Below, in pieces: positions 55,904-64,000 of a DNA stretch of 64,000 nt; position 1 is the stretch's first letter, and each line of letters begins with the position of its first letter. Origin of the DNA: the human T2T-CHM13v2.0 reference genome, Homo sapiens; NCBI RefSeq assembly GCF_009914755.1, contig NC_060947.1; one strand, 5' to 3'. The position numbers were made by a program, and so were the translations under genes. The notes below the pieces were generated by a model. The model did no database searches, was not told where the DNA came from, and worked only from the letters and a program-made list of their open reading frames with translations.

Positions 55904-57069
55904 TAAGGGCTGAGCTGCAGTGGGCTCTGCCTCTGGAGCCCATGTTTTTGTTGAGGTCTGCGACCCACATGGGAACCACTTCCCCACACCCTGTGCCAAT
56001 ACCCGACACATTGCACACCCAGGCTCCTGTTCTGTGAGTGGGTCATGGTGATTCCCTGGTCCTAGAGCAGTGTCATCAGGCTTCTTGTGGCTCAAGGAGC
56101 TGGGAGGGGACTGTGATAGGAGGATGTGTCTGTCCCCAGGTGTGAGAAGCCCTGGCTAATTCCCAATGCATGGGGCAGGAAGGAAGGCTGTCTCTCAGAG
56201 TACAGGTGCTCTACAGGTGGGGGTCCTGGGCAGAGTGAGGGCTATTTGTGTGGGTAAAATGCCATTGTCAGAGAAGGACAGAGTGTGAAAGAGCAAAAAA
56301 ACAGGAGGGTAAAAGTGCAAAAGTGACAGAGTGAAGCAGAGAGAGAGAGGCCAGAGGGAGAGAAAGGGAGCATGTGTGAGCAGGCATGAGAGAGTGACAC
56401 AGGATGTGACTGGCCATGTGTTGGTGTGTGCCACTGTGCATGAGCAAGAGGACAAACGTGCCTGTTACTGGAGCTGACCATGTGGCATTGGTGTGAGAGT
56501 TTCAAGTCAGGCTCTCTTGAAGGCATCTTGCCTGCCAGCGCAAACACTGCATGTCCTTGCAGCTCTGGACACGTCAACAGGCCAGTGATTCCAGGGGTGC
56601 AAAGCGAACAGTTTCTTACACAAGACAGAAATGTAGAAGGAGAGAGCTAAGACTCATATTGCCCCGAGAGAGGAGCTAGTGGAATCCAGCAGGGCATCTG
56701 CTGTGGGGAGCAGGTGGAGCCTGGGGTTCCTTTTGCAGGGATGAAAGAAACACAGTCATCTGCCTTCTTTGTTCTGGGGCTTCTTGTACCACAGAGGTTC
56801 CATAATTATTAATAGTTAGGTTATTTTTAGGGCCTAGCTCAACTGTTAGATAACAAGTTTTACCTTCTAAGAATATCTAGCCCATCTTTGATTCCTTGGC
56901 TCCAGGCCCTGGAGGGTCCCAGTCCAAAAACAGAGTGAACAACTTTGGACTTGCTGTCACATTGTGTGGCTTCTAGAACTAGTCAGTGTTCCATGCAGAA
57001 GGGGTATAAAAAGTGAGGCTTGTGGATGAAGGAGGAGGCGAGTGGTTCTGGGTTTTGTTTTCGTTTTGC

Positions 57070-58160
57070 GGGGGAGTGTCAGGAAAGGCTTTCTTTACAG
57101 GGAGAGTGATGTTGGAGCTGGGTTTGGAAGGCTGAGGGAGATTTTGCCAGATGTGCCAGACGTGCTTGGGAAGGCATTCCGAGTGGAGGCTCACAAAGTG
57201 TATAGGGAACATCCAGTCAGGTAGCCATCACAAAGGAGGGTTAATCCAGCCTGGCTTGGCAGGAAGCACCAAGTAGGGGCTGGGCAGGCACCTGCTCCTA
57301 GGCTGAGGAGTGTGACCCACATCCTGAGGGCCTTGGGAGCCACCGATGGTTTTCCTGCAGGAGAGTGCCACAGCCAGACTCGAGTCCAAAGAAGATCCCT
57401 CCATTGCCCTGTGGAGGACCAGGCCAGGGGAGTATACGACGAGACAAGGCAGGAGGCCATATTGGAGACTGTTTGCTTACACCAGGGGCAAGGTGATGAG
57501 GCTGCAAGTATTTTTGAATTATTAAAGGTAAAAGCGGGCTTGGCGTGGTGGCTCACACCTGTCATCCCAGCACTTTGGGAGGCCGAGGTGGCAGTATCGC
57601 TTGAGCCCAGGAGTTTGAGACTAGCCTGGGGAACACAGCAAGACCCCATTTCTACAAAAAATTTAAAAACATTAGCCAGGTGTGGTGGCACATGCCTGTA
57701 GTACCAGCTACTTGGGAGGCTGAGGTGGGAGGATTGTTTGAGCCTTGCACGTCGAGGATACAGGGAGCCATGTTCCTGCCACTGTACTCCAGCCTGGGTA
57801 ACAAAACAAGATCCTGTCTCCAAAATAAAAATAAAAAAAATAAAGATAACGGTGAGGGAAAAGTGGTAGCCAAGGTTGCTCCCCAGATTTCAGGGCTAGG
57901 CAATTGGATGGGTGGTGACAGGAACTAGCTGAGGGTAAGGAGTTTGGGGGCAGGCCCGCTGAGAGATGCACAGAGATGAGAAGGTCACTGGGCCATGCCG
58001 AATGAGAAGTGCCTGTAGGGGCTCCAGCCAGTGATGTCCAGTAGGCTACTGAGTAAACAAATGTGGAGTTGAGCAAAGATCTGACCTGGGGCTAGAGAGC
58101 TGGGAGTTGTCAGCTCATAGGAAGTCACTAAAGAGAATGCATGAGGTTGCCTGGAGAATG
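57070..58160 (-). mobile_element. L2 fragments, interrupted by an Alu
   Basis: gtcaggaaaggcttt...ttggagctgggtttggaagg; ttgggagccaccgatggtttt; cccagatttcagggctaggcaattggatgggtggtg; gggctagagagctgggagttgtcagc. Confidence 0.65.
57537..57845 (+). mobile_element. AluJ-like element
   Basis: ggcttggcgtggtggctcacacctgtcatcccagcactttgggaggccgagg...gcttgagcccaggagtttgaga; A tail. Confidence 0.92.
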
Positions 58161-58864
58161 CCTTTGGAAGGCAGTGTGTACAAAGCATGTATTCTCGGCT
58201 TTTCTCTGCAGACTTCCAGGGACAGTTGTCCAGCCAGGCCCTTGGCTGGGTGGGTGAGTCCACGTGGTTCAGGGATGCTGAGGGAAGCTGCTTCATCAGC
58301 TGACATTTCTCTCCATTTTCTGCTCTTCTTTTGTCTCAAAAAGAAAAAAAGAGGGGATATTAATTATTGATCCCCTAAAACCCTAGCTGAATATATAAAA
58401 TGAAAAGAAGTAAAAATATGAGAGAAGCAAAGGCAGATGGACCATAATTTTGGAAAATAATTCCAAAAGGTCTTAAGGAGGAAGAGGAGCTACAGAGAGG
58501 TATTGAGAAGGAAAATTTTGGATAAATGGAAGAATCAGGAAAGACTACCGTCATGGAAACCAAGCCACGCTGAGCTAACTTTCCAGTGCTCTGTAGATGC
58601 TGAAATAGGCCCATCAGATTTGGCTATGTAGAACTCATGACTGCCTTGAGGGGAGTAGGTTGGGGCAGTGGGAAAGGCTGTAGTTGGATTATAATGGATT
58701 GAGGAGGGAGCGGAGGATAAGCAGGTGCAGTTGATGGGGTACACACTCTGAAACTGGCTGTGACGTGATGGATGTGGGAGGGGTGAGCAGATAATTACAG
58801 CTACAAGATAATGGGGAAGGTTTCCTATAGGTGAAAGCAACGTGTGCATGTTAGGTAAAGGCTG

Positions 58865-59198
58865 GGCAGAGGGTGCCTACGTGACCAGTCCCCGATAAAA
58901 TCCTTGGACTCTGAGTCTCTCATGAATTGCCCTGGTCGACAGCATTTCACACTTGTTGTCACAACTCACTGCTGAGGGGAACTGAGTGAATCCTGTGTGA
59001 CCCACTGGGAGAGGACTCTGGAAGCTTGTGCCCGGGTTCCCTCAGAAATTTGCCTTGTGTGCTTTTCCCTTTGCTGATTTTGCTTCGTATCTTTTCACTA
59101 TAATAAACCATAGCCTTGAGTGTGATGATGTGATGTGTCCTGTGAGTTCTTCTTGTGAATCACCAAGCCTAGGGATGGTCTTGGGGACCCCTGACACA
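58865..59198 (+). mobile_element. MER21-like LTR, 3' part
   Basis: ggcagagggtgcctacgtgaccagtccccgataaaa...gggagaggactctggaagcttgtgcc...aataaaccatagcc...ggtcttggggacccctgacaca. Confidence 0.75.
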
Positions 59199-60599
59199 GA
59201 TGGGCAGGATCAGAACTTTATGCCATAACAAGGACTTTAGATTTTCTTTCGAGGGCAAAGAGGAGCCAGGAAGGTTTGAAGCAGGGGAGTGATATGGCGA
59301 GAGTATTGCTTTGCAATGGGATCTCCAGTGGCAGTGAGAAGAGTGACTGAAGTGGGCAGAGTGGAGCAGGGAGAAGAGGAAGTGCTTACAGCATCCTCCA
59401 TGTAAGAAATGATGGGGCCTGGACTAGGGGACTAGCTGTGGAGATGGAGACAGAACTGTAAAATAAGTAGAAGAGATCCCAAATTGGATGACAGGTAAGA
59501 CTTGGGAGAGCAGTGACGGAGAGGGAAGTGACAATTTAGAAAGCCACATTTCTGGTCGAGTGAGTGGAGTATGTGACCCCTCCTGGCTTAGGTGGTGGCC
59601 AAAGTATCTCTAACCTGCCTCTATACTGCCTGCAACTGACTGAGCAAATGCCTGGTCCGTGGAGATCCCAAGCTGACAAGGGCACCTGAGGCAAGCCTCT
59701 GGCTTTCAGGTGGAGGCCCTACCTAGGCTGGCCTGGCTGGATTGCCCTGGCACACTGCTGTTTTGCTGAGGCAGACAGCAGCACTCTGCAAGTGCTCTTC
59801 TCCTGTTCCTCTTAGTGGTCTAAATCCTGTAGCATGCTGGGGTGCGACTGTAGACAAATCCCCTTTCCGGGCCCCCTGGGGTTCTCTATTTGCAGTCTTT
59901 GGGTCTGGTCACTGGCATGGCATCTCAGTAGGCTAGGTTCATCAGGAAGGGTCAACTATGTCATGGCACCTGATGGGCAGCATTTAGAGTCTGTGGGCCA
60001 GGGGCTTAAGGGCTGCTTACTGCTAATAGTTCTAAGTAGCAAGCATTCCCTCAGCCCTAGTCTGGGCACACGCCAGGAAGAAAGCCACTAGATGTGCTCT
60101 CCTAGTGGATAACTAGCCTGGAGTTCCAAGAAGGGCAGAGACAGGCAGAGTGAGAGCCTTCAGAGATGTAGGCAACGATAGTAGCAGAACTTCGAGGGAG
60201 AGTAGATGGAAAAATTAAAAAAAATCCTTGTCATTATTTTTAAATGTCTGAATTGACCAGATTAGAATCTTTGAGAGTCTAGACACTAGGGAGATCTCAT
60301 GGGTGGGCCAGTTATTATATCATATGGAGGGAGAGTACGTATGACCCAGCACGAGAGGACCAGAGGACAGTCAGTGCTAAGGGTAAAACCTTAGGCCATG
60401 GGAGATTGAGTTTTTCATCAGTTGGCAAGTTTTCACTTTAATACTCCACTGTTTCCATCATTTCAGACGACTGGGGATGATAAGGACAATGTAATTTGGG
60501 GGATAAAGGAAGAACTCATTATATTTCTTGGATGACTTTACTGGGGAAATGGATTCCTTAGTCATTTGAAAGAAGCGGTAGAATTCCACATGTGGGGAA

Positions 60600-63500
60600 T
60601 ACTTGTTCTAACAAAAGCTTAATAACATTAGTGGCAATGATCCTTTTATATAAGGGAAAGCTTCAAGCCAGTGAGAAAAACATAAATAAACTAGTAAGAA
60701 CATATTTATAACCATGAGATTTGGGTGCAGAATAAAATCAAATTGGCAGTTCAGGAAAGGTCCTAAACATCTGTATATTAACAATATTCCATCAGTGAGC
60801 AATGTGAATTTCCCATAATTGAAATGATGATTGATAACCTTGTATTGTTCTTATCTAATATAAGGCAAAGCAGCACTGGGGCTTTGATAAAGAGCAATAT
60901 CTCATGTACACTGAGGACACTGAAACCCCGCTAGGAATTCTATGGAATTTCTAAAATATTTATATTAAGGACATTTTACCCATTATAGACTAATTTAGGG
61001 AAGGTTCTGCATTTTTTTTTTGATTTGACAATGTTTCCAATGCAATTTATACAATATTAAATAAGACTAATTAGTTTTTGCACCTTTCTTGTTACAAGGT
61101 GAAAGAACTAATCCTTTGAGATTTTCCAGAAGGTCCCTGGCAAATCCCAAAGCCAGTTTTAGGTATAAAATATATTTAAGTTTTGATTGTGGGAAGGCAA
61201 ATGTTAAGAGTTGTCAGGAGTTCTCGAACATTTGATTGAATAGCATTATGGGTTAGCGAGAAATACTACTTGGTTAGCTAGTGAATCAGAGTTGTAAAAA
61301 TTTTCAAGTAAACATATGAGGTAACATGGTTGTAAAGAATCTTCAGTTCCTTTAAAATTGAAAAGACTTTAAAAAAATAACTAAGGACATAATAAACTGA
61401 ACATACAGATAGGGCATTACAGTATTTTGATAAGACATAAAATCTTTGCCTCTTAGGCAGATGACTCAGAAGAAAAACAGACCATTTATAACTTTTTATT
61501 AGGGACAGACCAATGATCAAGAATTTTTTTTTTTTTTTTTTGAGATGGAGTCTTGCTCTGTTGCCCAGGCTGGAGTGCAGTCGCGCGATCACCATGTTGG
61601 CCAGGCTGGTCTCGAACTCCTGACCTCAGGTGAACTGCCCACCTCAGCCTCCCAAAGTGCTGGGATTACAGGCGTGAGCCACTGCACCTAGCCTAAGAAA
61701 ATTTTGTTATTTTAACAGAGAAACCAACATTTTAATTTTATACAAGTATAATATTTGATATTAGTTCTTTTTTGAAAATCTTATAAATACACTGAATAAA
61801 AGTTTTAACCATGACAAATAAAATTCCTTTTCTGTGAACATTTTCTAATTTTAAAGATATTTGTTTACATTTTGTCTCACACATTTTTAAATTATTTGTC
61901 ATTTTAATTTGGGACAAAGCTATTCTCTTTTTCCTTAGGAAAAGCATATTTGCATACAAAGTTGTTTCCCTTTGCCATTTTTGCCATTATTACTTTTAGC
62001 AGTTTATATATATATATACACACACACTTATTTACTTATTATAATTTTAACCATTAATAACTTCTCTTTCACAGAGAAAACAGGAGGTAGGTAATTTTGA
62101 AATATCATATACCAGCATTTTGTAGCAGACTAGTAAAGCTTATGAATATACATCTCATAACTTTTTATAGTTGTTATATACTTTTTATAGTACCATTTTG
62201 CAATGTGGACAAATGAACACATTTAACAGATCCATATGTAGTCACACTGTACCATAAAAAAAGCAAAAAGTATATAAACTTAAATTTAGGTCTAGTGACT
62301 AAGTATTTTATCTTCTTTATAAATGATATTTAATGAATTTAGTTAACTTAATTCAGCATAAGTCTAAGGTTTTAAGTTACCAAAAAGATTTTAGAAACTG
62401 CCTTTAAGCTTACATATTATAAAACATAATTACTGTTGAAATAAAGTTTGCCAGAATAATGACTCAGTTTGGTTAAAAGCAAATTTAAATTTTTATAATC
62501 TTAAACATGTAGTAGATATAATACTAGCTTATTCAACATGTAAACCTGTTTAAGTTTAGGAGGAACATACCCAAGTAGAGTAAAAATATATGCTTGTATT
62601 CTGTTGTATTATATGTAATGCTGATAACTCAAAGACACATAGGTGTCTATTAAACTAACAATATTAAACTAGTTTTGTTTGCCAAAAGTTTACATAAATT
62701 CTGTGAACTTGAGTTTTAAAAGCATTTGGGTTAGTTTTTATAAGAATACTTTTTTGTTGTTTACACTGAAAGTATTAGAAGTTGTTTCCTTAATTTATGA
62801 GAGCTTTATAATAATTTATATAAGTACTTATTTATCTCTAAGTCAATTAGAATAGAGGATAAGGGATTTTGTAAATTAATTTGGTAATGCCATCTGGAGG
62901 TACTGAACTATTACACATATACAACATACATGTATACTAAACATACAGACAGACACAAATAGAGATCTAATGGCGAGCCCTCAATGGGTGCAGGGGGCCT
63001 GAAGCTCTACTGGCTATAGGCAGTTGAGAGGGCTGAGTGGGAAGGGGAAAGCCTGGTGAAGAGTAGATAGGGGTATGTAGGAGGTAGAGGCATTGAAGGG
63101 GACAGATGAAAAGATTCAGGGAGCTGAAGGGAAGGTCCAAGGTGGTGAAAAGAAGGGAAGAGGGATGCGGTAGGAAGATGAGAAGGGGGAATCTTAGATG
63201 AGCAGGTTTGGGGAGACCCCAGGTTCCCTAATAAGGTCACTGAAGTTCCAAATTACCCTTCGTGATTACTTTTTTTTTTTTTTTTTGCCAGTTTTGGAAA
63301 TACTGGACAGAATGAGTGCCATAGGGGCAGGGCATGTAGTCAGCAAGGGAGGAGGAGGAGGATGAGGAGGAGGAAGGGCACCCAGTAGATTGAGAGTTAC
63401 CTGTGGGAAGAGGCAGATCAAATAGAGAAAGGAGCCAGGCTGGACAGTCTCATTAGGAAGTTCTGCACACAGTCGTCATCTGGGAGCCAAAGTTTCTCTT

Positions 63501-63845
63501 CAGTCCTCATTGAGGAGCTGAAGGGCTTTCCTTGTGCAATCTCTAGACAAGGTGTCAAGGGAAACAATGAGGCCTCACAAAAGAGCCAGGAATTTGGAGT
63601 AAATCTCCACTCAAAAGGAACCAAGAAAACTTCTATCCAGGACGATTCTGGCTAAAATTGAAAAGGACCAGGAAGAGTCCTGCTCAACAGAGTCAGGGGT
63701 TAAATCCCCACTCAAAAAGAGCTAGGAAGAGTTCTGTCTGCGAAGATTCTTGCTCAAACAGAAAAGAACTGGGAAGAGCTCATTTAACAGAATCAAAGTA
63801 ACTGAATCACAGAACCATAAAAAGTGTCCAATAAAAGCAAATACC
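60600..63845 (-). mobile_element. ERV1 (MER4-group) internal sequence, degenerate
   Basis: AT-rich tract resembling MER4-group internals (ctaggaattctatggaatttct...gggaaggtt...atttgacaatgtttcc), then a Pro/Ser-rich gag-like region on the - strand at 63007-63240. Subfamily not determined. Confidence 0.6.
61524..61693 (-). mobile_element. AluS with a large internal deletion
   Basis: Poly-T and both Alu ends are present, but gcgcgatc joins directly to accatgttggccagg. Confidence 0.9.
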
Positions 63846-63851
63846 GTCTCT

Positions 63852-64000
63852 GGGCAGGGTGCAATGGCTCACACCTGTAATCCCAGCACTTGAGAAGCTG
63901 AGGGAGGAAGATCACTTGAGCCCAAGGGTTCGAGACCAGCCTGGGTAACATAGCGAGACTCCTATATCTATAAAAATTTTAAAAATTAGCCAGGCATGGT
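63852..64000 (+). mobile_element. AluJ-like element, truncated by the window end
   Basis: gggcagggtgcaatggctcacacctgtaatcccagcac...cacttgagcccaagggttcgagaccagcctggg. Confidence 0.92.

Noticed and set aside
56140-56217. Possible extra exon after exon 16 (tgtccccag|GTGTGAGAAGCCC...)
   Set aside because: The acceptor is plausible, but the phase-2 donor (gtgctc) is poor and the better donor (gtgggg) is out of phase.
56270-56410. Purine-rich GA/AGAG low-complexity stretch
   Set aside because: Degenerate, with no clear mirror symmetry or period; ordinary low-complexity DNA.

Overview
Human (or great-ape) genomic DNA carrying the 5' part of ZNF185, the X-linked actin-associated LIM-domain gene, on the + strand. 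I recognised the gene from its translated exons ([45 protein letters not shown]...). Layout: a CpG-island promoter with a non-coding first exon (~8.1-8.7 kb), a ~16 kb first intron, then 16 core coding exons plus one 96-nt cassette exon between 24,922 and 55,902. All have GT-AG sites that join in frame. A second CpG island at ~52 kb carries an in-frame alternative first exon. The C-terminal LIM exons lie beyond the window. The remainder is typical primate repeat content: Alus, MIR, L2, L1M, MER1B/2/3/5/20 DNA transposons, MLT1, LTR18-like, MER4-like and MER21-like LTRs, ERV1 internal sequence and a (CCCAT)n tract. Most entries in the ORF track are chance ORFs in GC-rich or repeat DNA. There is no CRISPR array or prokaryotic system. 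The best unexplained signals are a ~550-codon antisense frame in intron 1 broken by only two TGA codons, a mirror-symmetric bidirectional promoter at 52 kb, an all phase-2 symmetric exon architecture, a perfect-Kozak in-frame start upstream of coding exon 11, and a tandem cluster of kB-like sites. Repeat family names come from remembered consensus sequences, and boundaries are approximate unless target-site duplications (TSDs) are given.
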